A stretch of 64,000 nucleotides of DNA from Euzebyales bacterium (GTDB lineage Bacteria > Actinomycetota > Nitriliruptoria > Euzebyales > JAHELV01): the NCBI GenBank assembly GCA_036374135.1, contig DASUUK010000094.1, positions 156 through 64,155 of the forward strand, given 5' to 3'. Shown here one piece after another: positions 25,822 to 35,872 of the stretch; positions within the stretch are counted from its first letter, which is position 1; every line of letters begins with the position of its first letter. The position numbers and the translations under genes are program-made. The notes under the pieces were generated by a model. The model ran no database searches, was not told the origin of the DNA, and saw nothing but the letters and a program-made list of their open reading frames with translations.

Positions 25822-27381
25822 GTGCCCGGGTCAGGTTCCTCCGACAGGTCCGAGATGACAGCGACACCGGGACAACGCGAGCGGGTGGTGTGGCGTGATC
25901 TCGCCCGGACCGCGGTCGTGCTTGCTGCCGTGTGGTTGGCGACGCTGGCGGTGCCGGACGCGCAGATCGCGATCGTCAGTCCGTCGCTGCGGGTGGCGCT
26001 CGAGACGCTGCGCCTGTGCGTCGTCGGACTGGCCGCGCTCGTGCTGGCACTGCCCCACGACCAGCACGGCTCGGTCGTCCGCAGTGCGTTCGTCGCGGCG
26101 CTCACGGTGATCGCGGCATCGTCGGCGCTGCTCGGCGTGCTGCCCAACATCGTCGGCGAGACCACCGGCGCCTTCATGGCTCCCCCGGACCCCTTCTACC
26201 CGTGGCTCGCTTCCCGCTACGTCGCCGGCGCGCTGTTCGTCAGTGCGGCCGTGCAGTGGCCGCGTGCGCGGATGCGCGTGTACGTGATGGTCGCCCTCGC
26301 GGCGTTCATCGCGCTTGGTGCCGCGCTCACCGCGGTCATGCCGCCGATCGATGACACCGCCGCCCGCACGGCGATGTGGATGGTCAGCCTGGAGCTGCCT
26401 CCGCTCGTGCTGTTCGCCTTCGGCGCGTGGCTGGCCGCACGCCACGCCGCGGCTGACGGCAGTGCGCTGGAGCGCTGGTTGGCGCTGTCGCTGCTGGTCG
26501 GCGTGTTCACCCAGCTCCAGGCGATCCGGCAGCCAGACGTGCTGGGTCCCCTGGTCACCGGCACCGACCTGTTGCGGATGATCAGCACCGCCCTGCTGCT
26601 GGTGGGCGCCACGGCGCAGGTGCGGCAGATGTCCCGCGACAGGGTCCGCGTGATGCGCATGCAGCGCCACGAGCTGGATGAGCGCGACGCGATGGTGCGC
26701 GAGCTCGCGCGGTACGTGTCGCGCGAGGAGACGTTCCGGGCCGTCGTCCATCACGAGCTGTCCACGCCCGTCGCCACGATCCGCGCCTACGCCCACGTGC
26801 TCGGCCACGTCGACGCCGAGGACGGTCGGTGGCGCGACGCGCTGGCGGGCCTGATCGCCGAGGCGGCAAGGCTGCACGAGCTGATCGGGCGCATCGATGA
26901 GCTGCGCGCGCTCGAGTCCGCGGACCTGCGCTGCACGCTCCGGCCGGTGCGCGCTCTGCCGCTGCTGCAGGACCTCGCGCGCTACACCCGCGCGCTGCCG
27001 GGTCCCCACCACGTCGAGGTCCGCGCCGACGACGTGCGGATCCTGGCCGACCCGGTGCGCATCGGCCAGGCCCTGCGCAACGTGGCCACCAACGCGGTTC
27101 GCTACTCGCCGGACGGTGGTCGCATCACCATGATCGGCGAGGTCGCGGGCGACGATCGTTACCATCTGGCGGTCGTCGACGAGGGCATCGGCATCGATCC
27201 GGACGCGGTCGGCACCCTGCTTGCCTACGCCGGCCGCGGAGACAACGTCGCGACCATCGACGGATCGGGCATCGGGCTGTACGTCGCCCGGCGGGTCGCC
27301 GAGGCCCACGACGGCCGACTGAGCATCGAGCCCAACCTGCCCGCGGGCACGCGGGTGACGATCGAGGTGGGGTGCGCATGA
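25822..27381 (+). CDS. Sensor histidine kinase with polytopic (7-8 TM) membrane input domain
   Basis: 519 aa. About 270 aa of TM helices, H-box HHELSTPVATIRAY, N box LRNVATNAVRYS, and G boxes VVDEGIGI / GSGIGLYVARRV. The GTG directly follows the BHMT-like TAG. ATG 25855 is an alternative start. Confidence 0.85.
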   Translation: MPGSGSSDRSEMTATPGQRERVVWRDLARTAVVLAAVWLATLAVPDAQIAIVSPSLRVALETLRLCVVGLAALVLALPHDQHGSVVRSAFVAALTVIAASSALLGVLPNIVGETTGAFMAPPDPFYPWLASRYVAGALFVSAAVQWPRARMRVYVMVALAAFIALGAALTAVMPPIDDTAARTAMWMVSLELPPLVLFAFGAWLAARHAAADGSALERWLALSLLVGVFTQLQAIRQPDVLGPLVTGTDLLRMISTALLLVGATAQVRQMSRDRVRVMRMQRHELDERDAMVRELARYVSREETFRAVVHHELSTPVATIRAYAHVLGHVDAEDGRWRDALAGLIAEAARLHELIGRIDELRALESADLRCTLRPVRALPLLQDLARYTRALPGPHHVEVRADDVRILADPVRIGQALRNVATNAVRYSPDGGRITMIGEVAGDDRYHLAVVDEGIGIDPDAVGTLLAYAGRGDNVATIDGSGIGLYVARRVAEAHDGRLSIEPNLPAGTRVTIEVGCA

Positions 27382-28046
27382 TCCGTGTGGTGATCGTCGA
27401 GGACCACGTCAGCTACGCACAGGCACTGGGCGCGGTGATCGACCTCACGGAGGACGTCGAAGTCGTCGGAGCGACGACGAGCGCGTCCGATGCCACGTCG
27501 GTCGTCGCGCGGCTCGCGCCCGACGTCGCGATCGTCGATCTCGATCTGCCGGGGGGCAGCGGCATCGAGGTGATCGACGGTGTGCGGCGCGAACGACCGT
27601 CCATCGGATGCGTCGTGCTCACGGCCCTGACCGACGAGGCCGAGCTCGGACGCGCCGTCGAGGCGGGTGCCGCGGCAGTGCTGCACAAGTCGGTCGACGT
27701 CACCGAACTGCTCGACGTCGTGCGCCGTGTCGCGTCAGGGCAGACGGTGCTGCACGCGGGCCCGACCTCGGCCTGGCTGCGCACCTTGGCCGCCGAGCGC
27801 GAACGCGGCTGGTTGGCGCAGGCGATCGACGGCTCGCTGACGCGGCGGGAGCGCCAGATCCTCCGGTTGCTCGCAGCCGGGCAGGGCGGTCCCGTGATCG
27901 CCGCTGAGCTGGGCATCACCCAGGACACGGTGCAGACCCACGTGCGCAACCTCCTCGGCAAGCTCGGCGTCGGCACGCGGCTCGAGGCCGTGGCGCTCGC
28001 GCTACGCCTCGGTCTGGTGTCGTCGGAGGGCACGACGCCGCCCTGA
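27378..28046 (+). CDS. NarL/LuxR family response regulator
   Basis: ATG 27378 overlaps the kinase stop (ATGA). Receiver domain IRVVIVEDH...VAIVDLDLPGGSG...VLTA and a LuxR HTH LTRRERQILRLLAAGQGGPVIAAELGITQDTVQTHVRNLLGKLGV. Confidence 0.9.
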   Translation: MIRVVIVEDHVSYAQALGAVIDLTEDVEVVGATTSASDATSVVARLAPDVAIVDLDLPGGSGIEVIDGVRRERPSIGCVVLTALTDEAELGRAVEAGAAAVLHKSVDVTELLDVVRRVASGQTVLHAGPTSAWLRTLAAERERGWLAQAIDGSLTRRERQILRLLAAGQGGPVIAAELGITQDTVQTHVRNLLGKLGVGTRLEAVALALRLGLVSSEGTTPP

Positions 28047-28107
28047 CCCGGCGATCCGCAGACCGAACTCACTGGTTTCGGGTAGGTCCCCGCACGTTGG
28101 ATCGCGC

Positions 28108-28767
28108 ATGCTTGTGCCCATGACGCCCATCTCCGCGATGCCCGCTGCACGCCGCCACCGCCGGTGGCTGCTGTGTGGATGGGCGGCAGTCGCCGTCGCC
28201 GTCGCCGGGCTCGGGCTCCTGCCGCTGTGGCCCGGCCTCGCGGCGTGGATCGTCCTGGCCGGCGCCGTGACCGCCCATTGGGCCGGCCGGCAGGCGTCCG
28301 ACTGTGGTGTCCTGGCACAACGAGCAGGCCTGACCCTGAGTCAGGTCGCGGTGGTGCCTGCACGGGTCCGCCCACGGTCGTCGACTCCGGTGGCCGACAT
28401 CGCCCGCATGCGCGCCGCCGGCTGCGGGGTCGTGTCGGTCGCCGGGGTCGATCGCCTCCTGGCCCTGGAACGGATCGACCGCTACGACATCGAGACACTG
28501 CTCACCGGCCAGTGGGCGCATCTGGCCCGGGTCGCGTGCGAGCTCGACGGTGAGCTGCCCGTCGACCACCTCACGCGCCTGCCGAGCGAGGGCGAGGTGT
28601 GGCTGGTCCGCACCTCCGTCATCAACCTCGCCGTCGGCGCGGCCCAGCTGCGGCAGGGCCACCGGCGCGTCCGGCGGGGGCGCCGGGAGCCGGTGGGCCC
28701 CGTCGCGCCCGGCGCGGATCTTCGACATCGCGGGCGGAGGCGGGGCGAGCCGGTGCTGCGTCCATGA
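28108..28767 (+). CDS. Hypothetical membrane protein translationally coupled to the antiporter gene
   Basis: 219 aa. Two N-terminal TMs (WLLCGWAAVAVAVAGLGLL, LAAWIVLAGAVTA), then a soluble part. Its TGA overlaps the antiporter ATG (ATGA at 28764-28767). No family recognised, and the C-terminal 40 aa are Arg-rich. Confidence 0.5.
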   Translation: MLVPMTPISAMPAARRHRRWLLCGWAAVAVAVAGLGLLPLWPGLAAWIVLAGAVTAHWAGRQASDCGVLAQRAGLTLSQVAVVPARVRPRSSTPVADIARMRAAGCGVVSVAGVDRLLALERIDRYDIETLLTGQWAHLARVACELDGELPVDHLTRLPSEGEVWLVRTSVINLAVGAAQLRQGHRRVRRGRREPVGPVAPGADLRHRGRRRGEPVLRP

Positions 28768-30896
28768 CGGTCCTGGCCAGCGGCGGCCTGTCCTCGGAGC
28801 AGCTGCTGGTCTTCTGGGCCTCGCTCGCGACGTTGCTCGGCGTCGCGCACCTGCTCGGCGCCCTCGCGCGGCGTCTCGGGCAACCGACCGTCGTGGGCGA
28901 GCTGGCCGCCGGGATCATGCTCGGACCGTCCGTGATGGGCGGCATCGTGCCCGGGGCGCAGGCCTGGTTGTTCCCGGACGATGCGGTCCAGCGGGCGCTG
29001 CTGATGGCCGTGTCGTGGATCGGGGTCGTCCTGCTGCTGGTGTGCACGGGGTTCGAGACCGATCTCAAGCTCCTGCGACGCCTCGGACGCGCCAGCGCCG
29101 CTGTCGCGACCGGCAGCCTGATCGTGCCGCTGGCGGGTGGCGCGCTCCTTGGATGGCTGCTGCCGCGGACCTTCGTCGGTGACACCGGTACGCGCTCCAG
29201 CTTCGTGCTCTTCATCGCGATCGCGCTCAGCATCTCGGCGCTGCCGGTCATCGCCAAGGTGCTGTTCGACCTCGGCCTGATGCGCCGCGAGCTCGGGCAG
29301 ATCACGATCGCCGCCGGGATGACCAACGACCTCGTCGGCTGGATCCTCCTCGGCGTCGTCGCCGGCATGGCCAGCTCGGATGCGTTCTCGCTCGCCACCC
29401 TGCTCCGCGGCGTCGGCGGGCTCGCCGCGTTCGTCGTGGCCGCCTTCACGATCGGCCAGCGGGGCGTCGACCGACTGCTGCGACGGACCCGGGAGGCCGG
29501 GCGTCCGGCCACACTTGCCGCGGCCATGGTCATCGTCGTGCTGGCGGCGGGCGTGGTCACGCAGTGGCTCGGGGTCGAGGCGGTGCTCGGAGCGTTCATC
29601 GCGGGCATCGTGCTGGGCCGGTCGCGGTATGCGGACCGCCACGCGCAGGACGTGCTCGAGACCGTCACCCACGGCGTGTTCGCGCCGATCTTCTTCGCCG
29701 CCGCTGGCCTGTCGGTGGACCTGGGGCGTCTCGCCACGCCGACGGCGATGGCCTGGACGGCGGCGGTGATCGCGGCCGCCACGTTGACCAAGTTCGCCGG
29801 GGCGTACGTGGGAGGTCGGATCGGCCGCCTGACTGCCAGGCACGCCGCCGCGCTGGGCGCCGCGCTCAACGCGCGCGGTGCGCTCGAGATCGTCGTGGCG
29901 ACAATCGGCCTGAACCTGGGCGTGCTCAACGAGACGTCCTACGCCGTGATCGTGGTGATGGCACTGGTGACATCGATGGCCGCGGGCCCGGCGCTCACGG
30001 CCGTGCTGCGCGGCGAGCGCATCGCCGCGGGCGAGTCCGCGAGGCTCGCCCGCGAGGCACTGCTGGCCGGCAGCGTGGTCGGCGCGACGTCCGCGCTGCT
30101 GCCCACGCGCGGCGGGACGAACTCGATCCCAGCCGCGCGCGTGCTGGACGCCATCCTCGAGCCGGACGCCCGGCTGACCGTGCTCACCGTGCACGCCTCG
30201 AGCAACGACGTCGCCCGTCGGCAGGGCGCCGCGGCGGTCGGTGCGCTGTCATCGGTGGTGCGCGACCACCTGGTGGACTGGATCGACCGGGTGGAGGACG
30301 AGGCCGCGGGGGCGATCCTCGCGGAGGCGCGCCTGGGCTACGGGCTCATGGCGCTCGGGATGACCCGTGGCGCCGGGACGCCGGCGATGTCGCCGACGCT
30401 GCACCGCGTCATCGCGCATGCGCCCGTGCCCGTCGTGCTGGTCAGCCGCAGTCGGGCCGTTGACACGGTGGAACAGGAGATCCGTCACATCGTCGTCGCC
30501 TCGACGGGAACCAGGACGGGACGTGCGGCGCAGGACGTCGCCTTCGCCACCGCGGCCCGGCTGGGCGCGCAGGCACATGCCGTGCACGTGGTCGCCACAC
30601 CCGCGTCCCATGAGCCGGATCTCGCGGGCGTGGCGGCACCGTCGTCCGGAGACGAACTGCTCGCGGCCTCCGCGCACATCGCAGCGGGGTTCGGGCAGAC
30701 CGCAGCGCTGCACCGCGCCCACGGAACGATGCCGGCCCAGGAACTGCTGCGGCACGCCGACCGCGTCGACGCGGACCTCGTGGTCGCCGGCACCGAGTCG
30801 CACGTGTCCGGCGACAGGGTGTTCCTCGGCTACGACGCCGAGTACCTGCTCGCCCACTCGACCCGCACGCTCGCGTTGGTGCTGCTCCCACGCTGA
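28764..30896 (+). CDS. Cation:proton antiporter (CPA2/Kef-type Na+/H+ exchanger domain) fused to tandem universal stress protein domains
   Basis: Inner ATG of ORF 28599..30896, 710 aa. LGQPTVVGELAAGIMLGPS and about 12 TMs typical of the Na_H_Exchanger family. The C-terminal ~270 aa hold two USP-like units (LTVLTVH...PVPVVLVSR; IVVASTG...DLVVAGTE...TRTLALVLLP). Confidence 0.9.
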   Translation: MTVLASGGLSSEQLLVFWASLATLLGVAHLLGALARRLGQPTVVGELAAGIMLGPSVMGGIVPGAQAWLFPDDAVQRALLMAVSWIGVVLLLVCTGFETDLKLLRRLGRASAAVATGSLIVPLAGGALLGWLLPRTFVGDTGTRSSFVLFIAIALSISALPVIAKVLFDLGLMRRELGQITIAAGMTNDLVGWILLGVVAGMASSDAFSLATLLRGVGGLAAFVVAAFTIGQRGVDRLLRRTREAGRPATLAAAMVIVVLAAGVVTQWLGVEAVLGAFIAGIVLGRSRYADRHAQDVLETVTHGVFAPIFFAAAGLSVDLGRLATPTAMAWTAAVIAAATLTKFAGAYVGGRIGRLTARHAAALGAALNARGALEIVVATIGLNLGVLNETSYAVIVVMALVTSMAAGPALTAVLRGERIAAGESARLAREALLAGSVVGATSALLPTRGGTNSIPAARVLDAILEPDARLTVLTVHASSNDVARRQGAAAVGALSSVVRDHLVDWIDRVEDEAAGAILAEARLGYGLMALGMTRGAGTPAMSPTLHRVIAHAPVPVVLVSRSRAVDTVEQEIRHIVVASTGTRTGRAAQDVAFATAARLGAQAHAVHVVATPASHEPDLAGVAAPSSGDELLAASAHIAAGFGQTAALHRAHGTMPAQELLRHADRVDADLVVAGTESHVSGDRVFLGYDAEYLLAHSTRTLALVLLPR

Positions 30897-30899
30897 GCG

Positions 30900-30928
30900 G
30901 ACGCCCCGCAGCCGGGCGGCGGGGCGTC
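30900..30928. terminator. Perfect 10-bp GC hairpin between convergent antiporter and osmC genes
   Basis: GACGCCCCGC-agccgggcg-GCGGGGCGTC begins 4 nt after the antiporter stop and ends 14 nt before the osmC stop. Likely a bidirectional terminator. Confidence 0.6.
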
Positions 30929-30941
30929 GTCGTGGAAGGGC

Positions 30942-31367
30942 CTATGACTCGAGCGTCGCGTCCAGCGTGATCTCGGCGCCGGCCAGCACCTTCGACACCA
31001 GGCAGTTCTTCTTCGCGCCCTCGGCGAACTCCTGGAACGTGTCGGCATCGATGCCCGGGACGCGACCGGTGACCTCGAGGTGGATGGTCGTGATCCTGTT
31101 CTGACCGGGGTCGAGCGTGACGGTCGCGTCGGTCGCGACGCTCTCGGGCGTGTGGCCCTCGCGCGCGAGGTCGGCGGACAACGCCATCGAGTAGCACGCG
31201 GCGTGGGCGGCCGCGATCAGTTCCTCCGGGTTGGTCTGATCGCCGGACTCGAACCGCGACACGAAATTGTACGGACCCGAGTAGAGACCGCTGCCGAGGC
31301 TCAGCCGGCCCGCACCCTCCTTCAGGTTGCCCTCCCACCGGGCGGAGGACGTGCGCTGGAGCGTCAT
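30942..31367 (-). CDS. osmC: OsmC family peroxiredoxin
   Basis: Inner ATG of ORF 30942..31460, 141 aa. ARWEGNLKEGAG, the two conserved Cys contexts AAHAACYSMAL and KKNCLVSKVL. Confidence 0.9.
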   Translation of the reverse strand: MTLQRTSSARWEGNLKEGAGRLSLGSGLYSGPYNFVSRFESGDQTNPEELIAAAHAACYSMALSADLAREGHTPESVATDATVTLDPGQNRITTIHLEVTGRVPGIDADTFQEFAEGAKKNCLVSKVLAGAEITLDATLES

Positions 31368-31487
31368 CGGAGCACCTTTCGGGATTGCGGATCGTGAGAA
31401 GCGACCCCGGTGCCGCCCGGAGCCGCGAAGCGACATGTACCCCTGTCGCGGACCTCTCATCCGTTGGCCCAGCGGCTCGGGGGCGGC

Positions 31488-31921
<434 letters not shown>

Positions 31922-31925
<4 letters not shown>

Positions 31926-32590
31926 GCCCGATGGCTCATGCCCGACCCGTCAGGCAGCAGGCCGTCGAGCAGCGCGGACAGTCCGTGCAGGAACTGGTCG
32001 TGCGTCTGCGCGGTCGTCGTCTGGATGCTCAGGTCGTCGGCCCAGCGGTCGTGTGCCCCGTCGGTCCCGCCGTCGGCCCGGTCCGGCGCGGGCGGCGGTG
32101 ACCACGCGCGCGAGTGCCGCGCGGTCACCTCGCCGACCAGGTGGTGCCACACGACCTCGTGGGCGCGCGCGGCCGCGGCCGGGGACAGCCCGGCCGCCAG
32201 GAATGCGGCCACGACATCGTCGGTCACCCAGGCGACCGACCATCCCATGCGGTGCATCGGCAGCAGGTCGATCACCCACGCGTTGTCCACCAGCCAGTCG
32301 TGCGTCATGGTCATCACGCGGATCACGGTGCGGCGGGGGTCCTCCGACCTCGACGGTCGGCGCAGGGTCGGCGCGATCTCGTCGAGCAGGCAGCGCAGCA
32401 GATCGTCGCGGTCGGTCACATGGCGGTACAACGCCATCGGCGAGCAGCCCAGCTCCCGCGCGACCCGGCGCATCGACAGCGCGTCGATGCCCTCGCTGCG
32501 CACGACCGCACCCGCCGCCTCGACGATCCGGCCACGGGACAGCCGCGCACGACGTCTCCGCGATGTCGTCCCAGCGCTGCGCGTGTCCAT
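31922..32590 (-). CDS. TetR family transcriptional regulator
   Basis: Inner ATG (32588-32590) of ORF 31922..32620. [45 protein letters not shown] is the TetR HTH. Confidence 0.85.
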
Positions 32591-32655
32591 GCCACGTTCA
32601 TGTGTACACGATCGCCGCATCGTGCGGTCGGCGCGTCCGCAGCCGACCAGGGGGG

Positions 32656-33978
32656 TCAGGCGGGGGCGGCGCCCAGCGCCTCGCGCGCATCGCCGACCGT
32701 GTACAGCGATCCGGTGACCACCACCATCCCGTGACCACCGGCACGCTCCGCCGCCAGTCGCACGGCGGCGCCCGTGTCGTCGAGGCGGTCGTACACCGGC
32801 ACGCCCGCCGCGCGGCAGGCCGCGGCGACCTGATCGGCGCTGGCGGCCCGCGGGCTGTCGGGCGTCGTCACCACGACCTCGTCGACCGCCGAACCGACGA
32901 GGTCGGCGAACGTCTCCACGTCCTTGTCGGCCATCATGCCCAGGACGGCGACGCGCCGACGGTCGCCGTGCAGCTCACGCAGCGACCTGACCAGCACCCG
33001 CCCGGCGGCGGGGTTGTGGGCGCCGTCCAGCAGCACGGGCACGCCCGACGGTGTGGAGAGCAGCTCGAGCCGTCCGGGAGAGCGGACGGCCGCGAAGCCC
33101 TCCCGCACCGCGGCTGGCTCGACGGGGGTGGTGCGATGTGCCTGCACCGCCGCCAGCGCGCACGCCGCGTTGACCGCCTGGTGGGCGCCGTGCAGCGGGA
33201 GATCGACGGTGAACACACGGTCGTCGATGCCACGCAGGTTGATCCGTTGACCGCCCGGGGTCAGGGTGCGGCCGATCACGCCGAAGTCGCGATCGAGCAC
33301 GTGCAGGCGCGCGCTGCGTTCGGCGACCTCCTGTGCGATCACGTGCGCTGCCGGTCCCTCCGGGTTGGCGGAGACCACCGTCGCCCCGGTGCCGATGATC
33401 CCCGCCTTCTCCCACGCCACCTCGCCGACGGTCGCGCCGAGCTGCGGGTGGTCCATCTGCACCCGACCGAGCACGGCGACGCCGGCGTCGATGACGTTGG
33501 TCGCGTCGAACCGGCCCCCCATGCCCACCTCGATGACGCCCGTGCGTATCCGCGCACGCGCGAACGCCCACAGGCACAACGCGGTTGAGGCCTCGAAGAA
33601 CGTGACCATCTCGCCCGTGGCCTGCTCGACACGTTCGATGTGCGGGCCGAGCGCGTCGAGTCCGGCGAGCATGTCGTCCACGGCGATCGGTTGCGCGTCG
33701 ACCCTGAACCGTTCGCGCACGTCCTGCAGGTGCGGCGAGGTGTAGGTGCCGACCCGCTCGCCGCCGGCCATCAGCAGCGAGGTGATCATCCGCGCCGTGG
33801 TGGTCTTGCCGTTGGTGCCGGTCAGGTGGATCGACGGGAACGCCCGCTGCGGCGCGCCCATCGAGTGCACGAGCGCGCGTATCCGCCGCAGTCCCGGGAG
33901 CATGAGCTCGGGACGGCGGTCGAACAGGGCGGCGATGGCCAGTTCGTAGTGAAGGGCGGTGGTGTCGAGCGTGGTCAC
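32656..33978 (-). CDS. folC: Bifunctional folylpolyglutamate synthase / dihydrofolate synthase
   Basis: 440 aa. P-loop HLTGTNGKTTTA, YTSPHL, EVGMGGRFDATNV, LDGAHNP: Mur ligase/FolC pattern. Confidence 0.9.
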   Translation of the reverse strand: MTTLDTTALHYELAIAALFDRRPELMLPGLRRIRALVHSMGAPQRAFPSIHLTGTNGKTTTARMITSLLMAGGERVGTYTSPHLQDVRERFRVDAQPIAVDDMLAGLDALGPHIERVEQATGEMVTFFEASTALCLWAFARARIRTGVIEVGMGGRFDATNVIDAGVAVLGRVQMDHPQLGATVGEVAWEKAGIIGTGATVVSANPEGPAAHVIAQEVAERSARLHVLDRDFGVIGRTLTPGGQRINLRGIDDRVFTVDLPLHGAHQAVNAACALAAVQAHRTTPVEPAAVREGFAAVRSPGRLELLSTPSGVPVLLDGAHNPAAGRVLVRSLRELHGDRRRVAVLGMMADKDVETFADLVGSAVDEVVVTTPDSPRAASADQVAAACRAAGVPVYDRLDDTGAAVRLAAERAGGHGMVVVTGSLYTVGDAREALGAAPA

Positions 33979-34134
33979 TGTGCCTCTCGGTCAGGTGGGT
34001 CGTTGCGCGCCGACGTGGTCGTCCGTGGCGGGTCGGAAGCGGGCCCGACGGTTCGCGGCGGTGCCCGTCCGCGGGACGGCTGCACACCACCCCGACGTTC
34101 GTGCGTGAAGCTGTGGTGCGGATGCCGGGGTGGG

Positions 34135-35832
34135 TCAGGAGAGGCCGACGATCTGGCCGTCCTCGTCGATGTCGATGCGTTCCGCCGCAGGCGCCGATGA
34201 CAAGCCTGGCATCGTCCGCATGTCGCCGCACAACGGGTAGATGAAGCCGGCGCCGACCGACGCGCGGACCTCGCGGACCGGCAGCGTCCAGCCCGTGGGG
34301 GCGCCCTTGAGCGTCGGGTCGGACGAGATGGACAGGTGGGTCTTGGCGATGCACACCGGCAGGTCGCCGAACCCCGCCTCCTCGTACCGGTCGACCTGCC
34401 GTGCGGCCGCGGGCGTGTAGGACACGTCGTCGGCGCCGTAGACCCTGGTCGCCACCGCGTGGATCTTGTCGCGCAGGGTCAGCTCGTCCGGGTACAGCGG
34501 GGCGAAGGCCGTCGGTTCCTCGGCCGCCTCGGCCACCGCCTCGGCCAGTTCTGTCGCGCCGGCGCCGCCGTCGGCGAAGTGCGTGCTGACCGCGGCCCGC
34601 ACGCCCAGGTCCTCGGCGATCTCACGGATCGCGGCGTGCTCGCTCGGGTGGTCGGTGGGGAACGCGTTGATGCACACGACCGGCGACACGCCGTGCACGC
34701 GGATGTTGTCGACCTGTTTGCGCAGGTTCGCTGCACCGGCATGGACGTCGTCGGGGTTCTCGGCGAGCAGTTCGTCGGGCAGTGGACGGCCCGCCACGAT
34801 CCGGAACCGGCCCGAGTGGGCCTTGAGTGCTCTGACCGTCGTCACCAGCACCGCGGCGTCGGGCGACAGGCCTGACGTCCGGCACTTGATGTTGAAGAAC
34901 CGCTCGGCACCCATGTCCGCACCGAACCCGGCTTCGGTGACGAGGTAGTCGCCTCCGTGGATGCCGATCAGGTCGGCGACGACGGACGAGTTGCCGTGGG
35001 CGATGTTGCCGAACGGCCCGGCGTGGACCAGTGCAGGCGTGCCCTCGAGCGTCTGCATGAGGTTCGGCTTGATGGCATCGCGCATGATGACCGTCATCGC
35101 GCCGGCGGCGCGCAGGTCCTCGGCCGTGATCGGTTTGCCCTCGCGCGTCGTGCCGATCACGATGCGGCCCATCCGCTCACGCATGTCCGCCAGCGACGTC
35201 GACAGCGCCAGGACGGCCATGACCTCCGACGCCGCCGTGATGTCGAACCCCGACTGGCGTGTCACGCCATCGGCCTTCGGCCCGAGGCCGACGACGATGT
35301 TGCGCAGGGCGCGGTCGTTCACGTCGACCACACGTCGCCAGCTGACGCTGTCGACGTCGATGCCCAGCGCGTTGCCCTGGTGCAGGTGGTTGTCGACCAT
35401 CGCCGCCAGCATGTTGTGCGCGGCGGTGACGGCGTGCATGTCCCCGGTCAGGTGCAGGTTGAGCTGCTCCATCGGTACGATCTGGCTGTAGCCCCCGCCC
35501 GCGGCGCCGCCCTTGATGCCGAACGTCGGGCCCATCGACGGCTGGCGCACGGCGATCGCGGCCGACCTGCCGATGTGGCCGAAGCCCTGGCCCAGCCCGA
35601 CCGTCGTGGTCGTCTTGCCCTCCCCCAGCGGGGTCGGCGTGACCGCTGACACCAGGACGTACCTGGCGCGCGGGCGGTCGGCGAGATCGTCGATCGCGTC
35701 CAGCGAGATCTTGGCGACACCAGCGCCGTACGGCTCGAGGTGGTCGGGCCGGATCCCCATCTGAGCGGCGATGTCGGGCAACGGCTGCAGATCCGCGCCT
35801 CGGGCGATCTCGAGATCGCTGGGGAACGTCAT
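34135..35832 (-). CDS. fhs: Formate--tetrahydrofolate ligase
   Basis: Inner ATG (35830-35832) of ORF 34135..35871 with AAGGAG upstream. SDLEIA..., TPTPLGEGKTTTTVGL, AGFGADMGAEKF-like AGFGADMGAERFFNIKCR, and full-length FTHFS similarity. Confidence 0.97.
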   Translation of the reverse strand: MTFPSDLEIARGADLQPLPDIAAQMGIRPDHLEPYGAGVAKISLDAIDDLADRPRARYVLVSAVTPTPLGEGKTTTTVGLGQGFGHIGRSAAIAVRQPSMGPTFGIKGGAAGGGYSQIVPMEQLNLHLTGDMHAVTAAHNMLAAMVDNHLHQGNALGIDVDSVSWRRVVDVNDRALRNIVVGLGPKADGVTRQSGFDITAASEVMAVLALSTSLADMRERMGRIVIGTTREGKPITAEDLRAAGAMTVIMRDAIKPNLMQTLEGTPALVHAGPFGNIAHGNSSVVADLIGIHGGDYLVTEAGFGADMGAERFFNIKCRTSGLSPDAAVLVTTVRALKAHSGRFRIVAGRPLPDELLAENPDDVHAGAANLRKQVDNIRVHGVSPVVCINAFPTDHPSEHAAIREIAEDLGVRAAVSTHFADGGAGATELAEAVAEAAEEPTAFAPLYPDELTLRDKIHAVATRVYGADDVSYTPAAARQVDRYEEAGFGDLPVCIAKTHLSISSDPTLKGAPTGWTLPVREVRASVGAGFIYPLCGDMRTMPGLSSAPAAERIDIDEDGQIVGLS

Positions 35833-35872
35833 GTGGAGTCTCCTTGGATTCACTGATCTACCGCTCGCCACG

